Made by a program: the position numbers and the translations under genes
Notes under the pieces: generated by a model
Seen by the model: only the letters and a program-made list of their open reading frames with translations
What the model was told of the DNA's origin: nothing
Database searches by the model: none
Part shown: piece after piece, positions 9,830 through 20,993 of the stretch
How positions within the stretch are numbered: position 1 is the stretch's first letter
Layout of the letters: the number at the start of each line of letters is the position of its first letter
Origin: Methanomicrobiales archaeon
Lineage (GTDB): Archaea > Halobacteriota > Methanomicrobia > Methanomicrobiales > Methanoculleaceae
DNA length: 64,000 bases
Reading direction: 5' to 3'
NCBI GenBank assembly: GCA_012511245.1
Contig: JAAZGM010000134.1
Span: forward strand, 2,305-66,304

Positions 9830-10717
9830 GTGTGTAGCGGTTTGATCAGCATCGGGGAAGGGTGGGAAGACCTCACCACGGCGCTCCGGGACTCAGGAGA
9901 CCGGGAAAGCGTCTATGTCGTCGGAGCAACGGATAGCGGGAAGACGACGCTCTGTCGGTACCTCGTCGATACAATGGCACTACAGGAGATGACGGCATAC
10001 GTCGACTGCGATACCGGGCAGTCCCGGATCGGCCCGCCGACGACCGGGGGGATGGCCGTCTATCCCCGCTCATCCACCCCGTATCTCCGGTTCGTCGGTT
10101 CGACATCCCCGGGCGGCCACTTCATCCAGACGCTGACGGCAGCAAAACGCCTCGCCGAGAAGGCCGATGAACTCTCTGTCCGCGTCACTGTCATCGATTC
10201 GCCCGGGATCATATCAGGCGGTGTGGGCGCTGAGTTCCAGTTCCAGATGATCGATCTCCTTCGCCCCACCCGCATCGTCGCCCTCCAGCGCGGGCGCGAG
10301 CTCGAACGGCTGCTCGCGAACTTCGCGCGCCATCCCGGGATTGCAATCCATCGGATCGCCGTCTCCCCTGCTGTCGTTGTCCGCCCTGCCACAGTGCGGC
10401 GGCGTTACCGTGAAGAGCGCTTCAGGACTTATTTTTCCGGCGCAGAGTTGCAGGGTGTTCCACTCCCGGGGCTCGGACTCCAGGGCAGGGCTCCCGATCC
10501 CGGGAACCGCCGCGGGATCGGTGGAAGGCTCATCTCCCTCAATGATCCCGAGAACTTCGTCATCGCCCTTGGCATCGTCGAGAACCTGTACCCCGGAAAG
10601 CGGGTTGAGGTCTTCGCCCCACCCTTTGACCCGGCCGCCGTTGCCTCGCTCCGGTTCGGTTCGCTCTACCTCGATCTCGATGCGGAACCGGGATCAATGG
10701 AATCCTTCCGCAACTGA
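9830..10717 (+). CDS. Clp1/Grc3-family polynucleotide 5'-hydroxyl kinase
   Basis: Walker A GATDSGKTT, DCDTGQS.IGPP, DSPG, R..RRRYRE lid. Confidence 0.85.
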   Translation: MCSGLISIGEGWEDLTTALRDSGDRESVYVVGATDSGKTTLCRYLVDTMALQEMTAYVDCDTGQSRIGPPTTGGMAVYPRSSTPYLRFVGSTSPGGHFIQTLTAAKRLAEKADELSVRVTVIDSPGIISGGVGAEFQFQMIDLLRPTRIVALQRGRELERLLANFARHPGIAIHRIAVSPAVVVRPATVRRRYREERFRTYFSGAELQGVPLPGLGLQGRAPDPGNRRGIGGRLISLNDPENFVIALGIVENLYPGKRVEVFAPPFDPAAVASLRFGSLYLDLDAEPGSMESFRN

Positions 10718-10725
10718 GTCCCTCC

Positions 10726-11979
10726 TCACACCGGGATGAGCGAGAGCCAGATCATATACACCACCGCCTGGGCGAGGGTGAGGGGGACGCCGATCCGTGC
10801 GAACTCACCAAATGTTAGCGTTTCGCCCTCCTTTTCCGCACCCTGGACGATGATGACGTTGCTTGCAGCACCAAGGATCAACATGTTCCCGGCGATGGTG
10901 CTGCCGGCCGCAAGCGCCATCAACCCGGCGGTGGAGATCCCGGATTGAGAGAGGGCTGGAAGGAAGAGGGCAACAAAGGGGACGTTCGAGATGAACTGGG
11001 AGATGACGATGCCGGTTGCAATGATGACCGGGATGGCGTCGAGGTCGAGCGAGCTCCCCTCGATGATCGGTTGAAAGAACCCGGACTGCCAGACGCTTGC
11101 CATGAGGATGAAGAGGCCGACGAAGAATGCCAGTGTCGGCCAGTCGATCCTGCGAAGGATCTCGAACCGCCGCCTGCTTCCGGCGAGGATGGGAACTGCT
11201 GCGACGGCCGCGATCCAGGTCAACGGGATATCAAGGCCCGGAATGAGCGTCACCACGATTATCCGTACTGCGATCATGAGGACGAGCAGGATGAGCGCGA
11301 GGCGGGTGAGGGCTGCAAGGGCCGGATCGATGATCGCCTCTTTGTGATGCACCAGCGGAATGATGGATCTGAATTCATCCGGAAATGCCCGATAAAGAAA
11401 GATATAGGCGATCAGAAGCGAGACCGCCGTCGGGACGGCGAGGTAGAGGGGGAACGTGATGAACGGGTTTGCAACATCGCCCGTGAGCGCGATGAGGAGA
11501 TTCTGCGGGTTCCCGATGGGGCTTGCAACACTCCCTGTTGTTATAGCAAACGCAAGGGTGAGCAGGAGGAGTTTTGAAGAGATGCCGTGCCTCCGGGCGA
11601 AGTAGAGCATCAGCGGGGTGCCGACGACCGCGAGCGTATCGTTCATCAGGAACGCCGAGAGGATGCCTGCGCCGACGAGGATGAGGGCAACCAGGTGCCG
11701 GACTGACCCTGCCCGCGAGAAGAGGCGAAAGGAGAGATGATGAAGATAACCGCTCGAGGCGAGCGCTTCCCCGAGCACGAACATAAAGAAGAGGAAGAGC
11801 ATCACGTCGATGTTGATCGACATAAGTGCATCGAGCGGTGTGATCGCTCCCGTCGCAAGGACAACCGCCGCACCGAGGAGCATCACCTGCCAGATACGGA
11901 GGTTCACACTCCCGATCCTCCTGACCGCGATCAAGAGGAAGACGATGATGAGAACGATGAGCGGGATGAGTGTGACCAT
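10726..11979 (-). CDS. ArsB/NhaD (SLC13-like) anion permease
   Basis: About 12 TM segments; NDT, SPIGNPQN, SNVP, GAASNVI motifs. Confidence 0.85.
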   Translation of the reverse strand: MVTLIPLIVLIIVFLLIAVRRIGSVNLRIWQVMLLGAAVVLATGAITPLDALMSINIDVMLFLFFMFVLGEALASSGYLHHLSFRLFSRAGSVRHLVALILVGAGILSAFLMNDTLAVVGTPLMLYFARRHGISSKLLLLTLAFAITTGSVASPIGNPQNLLIALTGDVANPFITFPLYLAVPTAVSLLIAYIFLYRAFPDEFRSIIPLVHHKEAIIDPALAALTRLALILLVLMIAVRIIVVTLIPGLDIPLTWIAAVAAVPILAGSRRRFEILRRIDWPTLAFFVGLFILMASVWQSGFFQPIIEGSSLDLDAIPVIIATGIVISQFISNVPFVALFLPALSQSGISTAGLMALAAGSTIAGNMLILGAASNVIIVQGAEKEGETLTFGEFARIGVPLTLAQAVVYMIWLSLIPV

Positions 11980-12118
11980 GGTATCGCCGGTGAAGGATTG
12001 TGCGCAGTCGATTGTTCTGCTCTCTATCCGGAAAAAGGATCGCACGTTGAAGGAGGGAAATAATAGACAGCCTCTGCTGCTACGTCCACATAAGCGCCGT
12101 AATCCAGGGTGAAGAATA

Positions 12119-12700
12119 TCACGGATGTAACGGTCGACCTGGTCCTGTATTGCCGTGCGGTCCTCCTCTTTTTTGGAGCCGGGACTCTATCTTCTGCAGT
12201 ATCACGACGAAGAGTGCGCCTGCTATCAATCTGATGTTCTGCCCGGCAGCCAGCAACCCGGAGTTGATCAGGTTCATCGGGTGGAGCGCAAGGACGAGGC
12301 CGGATACCACTGTCGGCGGGATGATGGCGGCAACAATGGCAATGCCGGCGATGATCTCCGTCGTACTCCTTCCAGATGCCAGTGCCGCAAATACATCAGG
12401 GCATCCTCAGTTCTGCCGAGGGTGGTATAGACTGAGAACCCGTAGGCCAGGCCTATGATCGGGGGGAGGAATACCGTCCTGATGATGATCGTCCGTTGTC
12501 AGGCAGCAGGCTGGAGAGGGTTATCTCTCCGCAGGAGTAATCCCGGCGGCAGTATCAGCCAGAAAGAGTATGATGGTGTGGATGAGCGTGAGCGTTATCC
12601 GGACGCAGGAAGGAGACGATAGCTCGAACGCCAACGATCCCGACGATTGTTCTCCGGGCAGGCTGCAACGGCATCCCGGTGACGTGGGTATCCAGGAAGA
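12119..12700 (-). pseudogene. decayed TIGR00341/DUF389-like membrane protein remnant
   Basis: Fragment LASGRSTTEIIAGIAIVAAIIPPTVVSGLVLA resembles the DUF389 G.AIA.A..PP motif; upstream hydrophobic fragments broken by stops/frameshifts; boundaries approximate. Confidence 0.5.
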
Positions 12701-12869
12701 AACACGGTTTAGAGAGAAGAGGATACACGAAAAGACGACGTCAAGGGGGGAAGTGTCTTGTGTGGATCCAATCTCTCTAGGACTATCTGGTGCATTTTAG
12801 TATTTAATAATTCCTGTTTGAAAAATATGGAAAATAAAGGTTTCAGGCAGTTGTCCGGAGATTTGAGGA

Positions 12870-13832
12870 TTAGCGTGCAGGAACCGCTTCAATGCTTCCT
12901 CCTCCCGGCTCCATCCCTTCGACGACGGGGTTATCCGGATGGGTCACCCATTCAGTGAACGCACCCTCGTGGAGCCGGACGTTCGGGTAGAGATAGAGCC
13001 ACTTCAAGAGGACAAACTCATTCGTGGCTTCCCGGCCGGTTCCACACGAGCAAATGACTGTCTTGCTCCGGTCAACACCATGCTCCTCCAGGATCATATC
13101 GAGTTCTTCGTTCGATCTGAGCTGCGCCGGGTTCGACTCAGCCATCAGGCTTCTCCAGGGGAGGTTGATGGCACCGGGGATATGTCCGGCCTTCCGCCAG
13201 GGGCCTTTTCCCCCATAAAACGCCGATGGACGTGCATCAAGCACGACCACACCTTCGTTATCCTTGATCCGCATGAACTCCTCATGCCCTATGGCATAGT
13301 CGTCCCTGACCTCAATGGTGAAATTGGACGGTTCGACTGCAGGATAGTCCTGCGAGAGTTCACGCCCCTCGCTCTTCCATGCATCGATCCCGCCGTCGAG
13401 GATGTAGACGGTATTGTGGCCGTATTTTGCGAGGGTGTAGGCCATCATCGTCTGCCCGAGTCCATCACCTGCTCCGGAAAACGCACCTTTTCCGGTGTAG
13501 ACGACGACCGGGGAGTCGGCATCGATGCCCGCGCGCCGGAACGACTCCTGGATACAGGCGTTCGGGCTGAATGATCCCGGAAAGCCGCGGTTGGACACCC
13601 GCAAGACGCCTTCCGTCAGGTAGACGGCACCGGGGATATGCTCCTGGATGTAGTCATGTATGTTCGGCTGAACATCGACGATCGTCAGGCCGGCATCGTG
13701 CAGGTGGCGGTCCAGCCATTCTGAGTTCACCAGTTTGACTTTTCCATCACCGCGGGGATACGGGATATTCTCCCGGTCGCTCCGTGCCTGAAGGCGGTCA
13801 ATACCGCCGGGAGTAAACATCTTCTCTTCCAT
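12870..13832 (-). CDS. tandem-domain sulfurtransferase (rhodanese)
   Basis: HIPGA twice, LDGG..AW, active-site loop CGTGRE, EW at C-terminus. Confidence 0.9.
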   Translation of the reverse strand: MEEKMFTPGGIDRLQARSDRENIPYPRGDGKVKLVNSEWLDRHLHDAGLTIVDVQPNIHDYIQEHIPGAVYLTEGVLRVSNRGFPGSFSPNACIQESFRRAGIDADSPVVVYTGKGAFSGAGDGLGQTMMAYTLAKYGHNTVYILDGGIDAWKSEGRELSQDYPAVEPSNFTIEVRDDYAIGHEEFMRIKDNEGVVVLDARPSAFYGGKGPWRKAGHIPGAINLPWRSLMAESNPAQLRSNEELDMILEEHGVDRSKTVICSCGTGREATNEFVLLKWLYLYPNVRLHEGAFTEWVTHPDNPVVEGMEPGGGSIEAVPAR

Positions 13833-13999
13833 GCTCCTTCACCTCACGCTGGATACTCTCACCGGAGCAGCCGGTGAGCCTGCGTCATTCCAGGCTTGAG
13901 ACCACATATACCTTGTGCAGGCTGAGGGGGAGATGAACCTGACGGTGGGGACGCACAATGAACCAGAGTTCAAGAAAAAAGTCGTTAGAGGAGGATTTT

Positions 14000-14674
14000 T
14001 TACTTTCCGCCGCCTTTCGGGCTGATCTCGATGCTCTCACCCGGCGCAAGCACCGCAACCTGCATCGAGGTTGTGCGTTCGATTATCTGCTTGAAATTCT
14101 CCGCGTTCTGCTGGATTGCAGGGAAGGTATTGTAGTGCATCGGGATCACGAGCGGTGCGCCGATGTACCGCGCTGCGATCATCGCCTCCTCGGGTCCCAT
14201 CGTGTAACGTCCGCCGATGGGAAGGAGTGCCACGTCCGGCCGGTAAAGATCGCGAATGAGCTGCATGTCAGAGAAGAGTGCTGTATCGCCGGCGTGGTAG
14301 ACGCTGACGCCATCCATCGTGATGACGAACCCGGCGGCAACACCACCATAGAACCCCGCCCCTTCATCCTCAAGCCACGATGAGTGGAGCGCAGGCGTCA
14401 TCGTGAACCGGACACCGTCGACGGTGATTGTGCCGCCAAGGTTCATTGGTTCAGCAGGTACGCCCTTTGCCGCCAGGTATTTTGCCACCTCATTGACGGC
14501 GACCGTCTTCTTCGAGAGATCTACGGCGATACCCAGATGGTCGGCGTGGGCATGTGTCACGGCAACGATATCGGGTTCCGTAGCAATGTCCCCCTCCGGG
14601 ATGAAGGGATCGATGAGGATCGTCTGCGATCCTGCAAGAGAGAAACATGCGTGGCCAAGCCAGGTCAACCTCAT
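14000..14674 (-). CDS. UPF0173 metallo-beta-lactamase-fold hydrolase
   Basis: WLGHA, THAHADH, YHAGDT, PMHYNTF. Confidence 0.9.
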   Translation of the reverse strand: MRLTWLGHACFSLAGSQTILIDPFIPEGDIATEPDIVAVTHAHADHLGIAVDLSKKTVAVNEVAKYLAAKGVPAEPMNLGGTITVDGVRFTMTPALHSSWLEDEGAGFYGGVAAGFVITMDGVSVYHAGDTALFSDMQLIRDLYRPDVALLPIGGRYTMGPEEAMIAARYIGAPLVIPMHYNTFPAIQQNAENFKQIIERTTSMQVAVLAPGESIEISPKGGGK

Positions 14675-14735
14675 GGTGAAGAGGTTGCTCTGGATGTTAA
14701 AAAATGTTGAGTGGGGTATAGGGAGCGAACCGGTT

Positions 14736-15344
14736 TCAGAACTCCCCCATATCGATAGCCTCGGTGATGTCGATCGCTTCACTAAGACCATCATTCGTGA
14801 CACCGCGCGTCATCATCTCGGAGAGATCGCGATCTTCCATCACATCCCTGATCCGTTCCAGGAATGGATCAAGCGTGGTATCTTTCTGCTGCTCAATCAC
14901 GTGGCGGTACTCACGAAGCGTCGAGGGGCTTATATCGAGTTCCTCGCTGATCTCCTTCATGGTCTTTCCCGATTCAAGAAGCTCGGTCATCACTTCCTGA
15001 TCAAACGGCATCTTGAAGTCGAGTTCCCTGAAGAGTTTAAGGCGGACCCGGGCACGGGCCACGGTCTTACTCAGTTTTTCATCGTCAAGCGCCCTTGCGA
15101 TCTCGGTGTCGTTCTTGCCGTCGTAGTACGCAACCACGAGTTTTGCAAGTTGCCGCGGGGCGAGTTTGGTCTTGAAATACCCCCGATCGAGGATCTCCCG
15201 CATGATCAGGGCAATCTCGCGTTCCACAGCGTCGCGATCCCGGAGCGTACCGTGAACCTTTCTCATCGGTTCGACGATCGTCTTCTTGTTCGTGATGGTC
15301 GTAAACAGCTCAAGGAGCTGTTGCTTGCGGGTATCTTCAGCCAT
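14736..15344 (-). CDS. conserved hypothetical protein with two HTH-like segments
   Basis: DTEIARAL..TVARAR and KTMKEISEELDISPSTL HTH-like patterns. Confidence 0.7.
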   Translation of the reverse strand: MAEDTRKQQLLELFTTITNKKTIVEPMRKVHGTLRDRDAVEREIALIMREILDRGYFKTKLAPRQLAKLVVAYYDGKNDTEIARALDDEKLSKTVARARVRLKLFRELDFKMPFDQEVMTELLESGKTMKEISEELDISPSTLREYRHVIEQQKDTTLDPFLERIRDVMEDRDLSEMMTRGVTNDGLSEAIDITEAIDMGEF

Positions 15345-15652
15345 GTTCGTCTCTCTCAGTTCTGTATTCCATTATCCGGTCCTGATGGTCACCCATGGTG
15401 ACCTGGTATTTATACGTTCCCCACCCAGGTCGGGGCATAACGTTCCCTACATTACAACCGCTAACATTTAAATTTTACCATATCTCTTCTCAAAATAGAA
15501 GGATCATTTCAGTGGATGTAGCCATATCTTCCGGGATACTATCTGCTGTGGAAATACATCCGGCCTATCGTCTATCTCTCGGTGAATCATGATCCTGCAC
15601 GGGTCAAAGACTATTCTTTATTAGCACCGCCGCTCAACTGTATTGCAAGACT

Positions 15653-17383
15653 ATGGCCGAAACGAGCGATATTTACGAAAAAGTCATGGAAGTAGCCAGA
15701 AGACGGGGTTTTGTCTGGCCATCATCCGAGATATACGGGTCAGTTGCCGGATTCATCGATTACGGCCCTCTCGGAGCGATGTTGAAACGGAACATCGAAA
15801 ATCTCTGGCGTTCGTTCTATGTTTACCAGGAAGGCTACTATGAGATCGAATGTCCAACCATCGGAAACGAAGCGATCTTCGTTGCATCCGGCCACGTAAA
15901 AGAGTTTGCCGACAAGATGGTGCAGTGCCCACACTGCGGCGAGTACCTCCGCGCAGATCACATCGCAGAAGAGAACGGCATCGAGAACGCAGGAACACTC
16001 TCTGCAGAAGCGCTCCAGGCGGCGCTCTATGAGCTCCCCTGCCCGTCATGCAAGGAGGTCCTGGGAGAGGCGGGTGTCTTTGCGTTCAACCTTATGTTCG
16101 AGACCACCATCGGCCCGGGTTCGCAGCGGAAGGGTTACCTGCGCCCGGAGACCGCCCAGGGTATATTCACCGACTTTTCCCGGCTTCTGCGGTTCTACCG
16201 GGACAAACTTCCTTTTGGCGCCGTCCAGATTGGAAAATCCTACCGGAACGAGATCTCCCCCCGCCAGGGCATGATCCGGTTGCGGGAGTTCACCCAGGCC
16301 GAGGCCGAGATCTTCGTCCATCCGGCACATAAGGATCACCCTGCCTTCCACCGCTACGCGGACCACGCAGCCCCCCTCCTCACCATTGCACGGCAGCTCA
16401 GCGGCCAGGAGCCTGCCGCAATGACGATGCGCGCCGCTGTGGATGAGGGTGTCATCGCGAACGAATACGTCGCTTACTACATCGCGCTGACACACCGGAT
16501 ACTGACCGCTATCGGCGTCGATCCGACAAAACTCCGGTTCCGCCAGCACCTGATCGACGAGCGGGCGCATTATGCAGCGGACTGCTGGGACGCCGAGGTC
16601 TATTCCGGCCGCTTCGGGTGGGTGGAGATCGTCGGCATCGCCGACCGCACCAACTACGACCTGCGTTCGCACACAGAGCACTCGGGCACCTCAATGACGG
16701 TCTTCATGCCCTATGATGAGCCGGAACGTGTCGTAAAACGGCGGATCGTGGCTGATATGGGAGTGCTCGGGCCGCAGTACCGCGGCAAGGCGAAGGCGAT
16801 CGCGGATGCCCTTGCTACATCCGAGCCAGGAGAGGATGGCGCGCGGGTCACTGTCGATGGTGAGGAGTTCTTCATCCCCGCCGATCTCTACCAGGTCAGG
16901 GAGGAAGAGGTCGAGGTACGTGGCGAAGAAGTGATGCCCCATATTATAGAACCGTCGTACGGCATCGATCGGATGATCTACGTCGCTCTCGAGCACAGTT
17001 ACGCCGAGGAAGAGGTCGAAGGCGAGATCCGGAAAGTGCTCCGGTTCCCGCCGGCGGTTGCGCCGATCCAGGCCGCCGTCTTCCCGCTGATGAATCGTGA
17101 CGGTCTCGACGGTATCGCACAGGCGATCACGGAGAGGCTCACACAGTGCCGCATCCTCACCCAGTACGATGACTCCGGTGCCATCGGCAGGCGTTACCGG
17201 AGGCAGGATGAGGTCGGGACACCCTTTGCCGTCACTGTCGACTACGATACGCTTGAGGATAACACTGTGACCGTGAGGGATCGCGACAGCATGGAGCAGA
17301 TCAGGGTGCCTATCGAGCGCCTGCCGGAGATCCTCTCCGCACTCATCTCGGGCGCCATCACGTTTCGTGAAATCAGGGTATGA
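15653..17383 (+). CDS. glyS: glycine--tRNA ligase (archaeal/eukaryal type)
   Basis: YGPLG, LRPETAQG, RNEISPRQG..RLREF, IEPSYGIDR, IGRRYRRQDE. Confidence 0.97.
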   Translation: MAETSDIYEKVMEVARRRGFVWPSSEIYGSVAGFIDYGPLGAMLKRNIENLWRSFYVYQEGYYEIECPTIGNEAIFVASGHVKEFADKMVQCPHCGEYLRADHIAEENGIENAGTLSAEALQAALYELPCPSCKEVLGEAGVFAFNLMFETTIGPGSQRKGYLRPETAQGIFTDFSRLLRFYRDKLPFGAVQIGKSYRNEISPRQGMIRLREFTQAEAEIFVHPAHKDHPAFHRYADHAAPLLTIARQLSGQEPAAMTMRAAVDEGVIANEYVAYYIALTHRILTAIGVDPTKLRFRQHLIDERAHYAADCWDAEVYSGRFGWVEIVGIADRTNYDLRSHTEHSGTSMTVFMPYDEPERVVKRRIVADMGVLGPQYRGKAKAIADALATSEPGEDGARVTVDGEEFFIPADLYQVREEEVEVRGEEVMPHIIEPSYGIDRMIYVALEHSYAEEEVEGEIRKVLRFPPAVAPIQAAVFPLMNRDGLDGIAQAITERLTQCRILTQYDDSGAIGRRYRRQDEVGTPFAVTVDYDTLEDNTVTVRDRDSMEQIRVPIERLPEILSALISGAITFREIRV

Positions 17384-19626
17384 ACTACGTCTCCCATCCG
17401 CTGATCCGGCCAGACAGCATCGAGGAGCGGCGGTATCAACTCTCCATCGCTCTCCGGGCGCTTGATGCAAACACGATGGTCGTCCTCCCGACGGGGCTCG
17501 GGAAGACCGCCGTCGCGCTCATCGTCGCGGCGTCCCGCCTCTACACCCAGCAGGGGAGGGTGCTCATGCTCGCGCCCACAAAACCCCTGGTCGAACAGCA
17601 CCTCCGTTTCTTCAAACAGTTCCTGCTCACCCGGAAGGATTCTGAGCCGGATGAGTCTGATTTTGCTATGTTCACCGGCGATACCCCGCCGGAGGAACGG
17701 GCGCGGGCCTGGGAGGCGTGCCGGGTCTGTTTCGCCACCCCGCAGGTGATCAAGAACGACTGCCTTGCGGGGAGATACAGCCTCGCCGACGTCGTACTGC
17801 TGGTCGTGGATGAGTGTCATCGGGCGGTGGGGAACTACGCCTACGTCTTCCTCGCCGGGCACTACTGCACCACGGCAAAAACCCCCCTGCTGCTCGCGAT
17901 GACCGCGTCTCCCGGCGGGGATCCGATGAAGGTGCAGGAGGTCTGCGACAACCTGCATATCGAGGCGGTCGAGACCCGGGTGGAGACCGATGAAGATGTC
18001 CGCCCCTACATTCATGAGCGCGAGATCCATTATGTCGACATCTACCTGCCGGAGGGGTTACAGGCGGCGGTCGCCGTTCTCCGGGGGCTTGTGGAGTCAC
18101 GCCTTAGCCAGCTCGCGAAGCTCGACTTCCGCGTCCCGAAGCCGGAAAACCTCTCGATGAAGGCGCTCAACACTTTAAATGCCCAGATCCAGCAGCGCAT
18201 ACGAATGCGCGACTCTGCAGCGTTCACCGCGGCGTCCCTGCACGCTGAGTGCATGAAACTCCGGCACGCCATATCGCTTGCTGAGACGCAAGGGAGCGAG
18301 GCGCTCAAACTCTACCTCGCCCGACTCGGCGCGGAAGGTGCCTCGAGTTCGGGGAGCAAGGCAAGCAAGCGCCTCGTCGCCGATCCTGCTTATCTGGGCC
18401 TTGTCGAGGCGGCTGCCGGCTGGAACGAGGAACTGCACCCCAAGGTCTCGATCGTCCGTGAACTGGTGCAGGCGCAGCTTACGGCGCATCCTGAGAGCCG
18501 GATCATCGTCTTTGCCACCTACCGCGACACCGTCCAGACGCTCGTGGACACCCTCACCGCTGCCGGCATCGCATGCGAACGGTTCGTCGGCCAGGCGTCC
18601 CGTGATGCGGAGCGGGGCCTCACACAGAAGGAGCAGATCGCAAGCCTTGCCCGGTTCAGGGAGGGTGAGTTCAAATGCCTGATCGCGACATCTGTGGGTG
18701 AGGAGGGGCTCGATGTCCCCTCAACGGATATGGTGATCTTTTACGAGGCTGTTCCCTCTGAGATCCGGAGCATCCAGCGGAAAGGACGGACAGGACGAAG
18801 CGGCAGCGGCACGATCGTTGTGCTGGTGACGAAGGGCACGTCTGATGAGGCGTTCCGGTACGCAAGCCAGAGCCGGGAGCGAGCGATGGTGGCAGGGATC
18901 AAGGAGATGAGCACCGCATCTGTACCGCCTGCTCCGTCTGCCCCATCCGCCACCCGGCAGACGGATTTCCTCGCGTTTGCCCCGGAAGGGCCGGCGATCA
19001 CCGTCGACGACCGTGAGACGTCATCGAGGGTCGCCGGCCGCCTGCATGAACTCGGGGCATCGATCACGCTCGAACGCCTTGAGTTCGGCGATTATGCCAT
19101 CGGCGACCGCATCCTCGTGGAGAGGAAGACGGTGCAGGACTTCATGAATACCCTCATCGAGCGCGATCTCTTCGGGCAGATCAAGGCGATGGCCGACGCA
19201 GTGCTGCGTCCAATCCTGATCATCGAGGGGGAGGAAGACCTTTACTCGGTGCGAAACATCCACCCGAACGCCATCAGGGGCACACTTGCGGCCATCACGG
19301 TCGATATGGGCGTTGCACTGATACGTACCAGGGATGCGGACGACACTGCCGAGACGCTGTATGTGCTTGCACAGCGGGAGGGAAGCGAACGGGGGGAGCG
19401 GAAGGTGCATCCAAAGAAGTCTTTCCGCTCGGCACGTGAGGAGCAGGAGTACGCACTCGCTGCGTTCCCGAACGTCGGTCTAAAAAGCGCACGCCTTCTT
19501 CTTGAACACTTCGGATCGTTCAAGGCGATCATCGATGCCGAGCCGGAGGAACTCTCAGCGGTGCACGGGATCGGGGAGAAGACTGCCCGTGCTATATGGG
19601 ATCTTGCCCGCAGGTCTTACCGCTGA
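17380..19626 (+). CDS. hef: Hef helicase-ERCC4 nuclease (FANCM/XPF homologue)
   Basis: PTGLGKT, DECH, QRKGRTGR; nuclease VDDRE...GDY...ERK; C-terminal HhH. Confidence 0.93.
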   Translation: MNYVSHPLIRPDSIEERRYQLSIALRALDANTMVVLPTGLGKTAVALIVAASRLYTQQGRVLMLAPTKPLVEQHLRFFKQFLLTRKDSEPDESDFAMFTGDTPPEERARAWEACRVCFATPQVIKNDCLAGRYSLADVVLLVVDECHRAVGNYAYVFLAGHYCTTAKTPLLLAMTASPGGDPMKVQEVCDNLHIEAVETRVETDEDVRPYIHEREIHYVDIYLPEGLQAAVAVLRGLVESRLSQLAKLDFRVPKPENLSMKALNTLNAQIQQRIRMRDSAAFTAASLHAECMKLRHAISLAETQGSEALKLYLARLGAEGASSSGSKASKRLVADPAYLGLVEAAAGWNEELHPKVSIVRELVQAQLTAHPESRIIVFATYRDTVQTLVDTLTAAGIACERFVGQASRDAERGLTQKEQIASLARFREGEFKCLIATSVGEEGLDVPSTDMVIFYEAVPSEIRSIQRKGRTGRSGSGTIVVLVTKGTSDEAFRYASQSRERAMVAGIKEMSTASVPPAPSAPSATRQTDFLAFAPEGPAITVDDRETSSRVAGRLHELGASITLERLEFGDYAIGDRILVERKTVQDFMNTLIERDLFGQIKAMADAVLRPILIIEGEEDLYSVRNIHPNAIRGTLAAITVDMGVALIRTRDADDTAETLYVLAQREGSERGERKVHPKKSFRSAREEQEYALAAFPNVGLKSARLLLEHFGSFKAIIDAEPEELSAVHGIGEKTARAIWDLARRSYR

Positions 19627-19991
19627 CCCATCCTTGCAAGGGCTCTTGCGCCCCGTTCGACCGCCTTCATCAGGGTCAGGCACTCATCAGGCCTCTGTTC
19701 GCCCCTGATCCGTTCGCAGAGGTGGACGATCGTCCGTTCTATCTCGGCGGCAGCCTTACCCTGCAGCTCCCGTGCAACCGGCGCAGGAAGTTGCTCAGAT
19801 CTTGTGGCCGGCACAGGCGGTTCTGGTTCGGGGTGGGACTCTTCCGACGCAGCAAGCGGGCAGATGACACACTGTGTCTCTCCTTTATACTCGAACAGGG
19901 GATAACCGCAGACTTTACAGGATTTAGCGAGCATCTTTCCTCCCTTGAGGAGATACCCGGCCATGACTTCGTCAGCCCGATCAGCTGTCAT
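19617..19991 (-). CDS. UPF0148 / autoantigen p27-family Zn-ribbon protein
   Basis: LLKGGKML..CxxCG.PLF...CxxC. Confidence 0.85.
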   Translation of the reverse strand: MTADRADEVMAGYLLKGGKMLAKSCKVCGYPLFEYKGETQCVICPLAASEESHPEPEPPVPATRSEQLPAPVARELQGKAAAEIERTIVHLCERIRGEQRPDECLTLMKAVERGARALARMGQR

Positions 19992-20057
19992 TTCGTTGAA
20001 CTCCCTTAATGAACTTATATATGTCTGGATGCCATTAATAATAAAGGGGTAATTCTA

Positions 20058-20321
20058 ATGGCAAGTCCAGAAGAAACAATACGGATCTGCATCCAGATGC
20101 TGCAGAATATCAGTGAAGATTCCACTATTCCAAGAAATATTCGACGTGTTGCAGATTCAACCAGATCAGTCCTTCAGGATGAATCAAGAAGCATCGGCCT
20201 TCGTGCCGCAACCGCAATCTCCATGATCGATGAGGTCAGCAATGACCCGAACATGCCGGTTCATGCACGGACCCGTATCTGGGAACTGGTATCCCAGCTT
20301 GAGACGGTACCTCTCGATTAA
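20058..20321 (+). CDS. UPF0147 family protein
   Basis: [20 protein letters not shown]. Confidence 0.9.
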   Translation: MASPEETIRICIQMLQNISEDSTIPRNIRRVADSTRSVLQDESRSIGLRAATAISMIDEVSNDPNMPVHARTRIWELVSQLETVPLD

Positions 20322-20427
20322 ATCAATCAATTCTCCCCGGGTGATTCCGGAAGCTGGGTATGCTATCCCGGCTGCCGGCTAAAACACCATACTCCTTTTG
20401 TCCGCCGCACGGCGGTTGTGCCATACA

Positions 20428-20841
20428 TCATCCCATGACGGTGACGTGGACCGTCCGCTCGCGCCTCGACCGCACGTCGAGTTCGAGGAGGACGATCTGC
20501 TGCCAGGTGCCGCATGCAAGCGCACCGCTGATGACCGGGACGGAGAGTGACGGGCCGACGATCGCCGCCCTGACGTGAGAGCGGCCGTTGCCGTCGCCCC
20601 ATGCCGCGTCGTGGGCGTAGGGGATGTCATCCGGGGCGACGACCGAGAGCGCCCGGCGGAGGTCTAAGAGCACGCCGGGTTCGTACTCGATGGTCGTGAC
20701 GGCGGCGGTCGAGCCCACGACGAAGATGTTCACAAGTCCGTCCCGAACACCGCTCTCGGCGACCGCCTGCGCTACCCGGGGCGTGAGGTTGACGATCTCG
20801 CCTTCGCCATGGGTATCTACCTGGATTGTCGTACGATACAT
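20428..20841 (-). CDS. YjbQ/UPF0047 secondary thiamine-phosphate synthase family
   Basis: GSTAA, Y.HD...GNG.SH, GTWQQI..ELD. Confidence 0.88.
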   Translation of the reverse strand: MYRTTIQVDTHGEGEIVNLTPRVAQAVAESGVRDGLVNIFVVGSTAAVTTIEYEPGVLLDLRRALSVVAPDDIPYAHDAAWGDGNGRSHVRAAIVGPSLSVPVISGALACGTWQQIVLLELDVRSRRERTVHVTVMG

Positions 20842-20993
20842 CTTGAGCACCTCATTCGCACCTCCCGTTGTCCTGCGGGCCACTTAAATCTCATGTTCCT
20901 GAGGAACCGGCACATCCCCCCGGGGTCACGGTGTGGCGGTTCGTAAGCGCTTTATGTGCGGGACGGGTATTCCCTCTCTGGAGATGGTATCCG

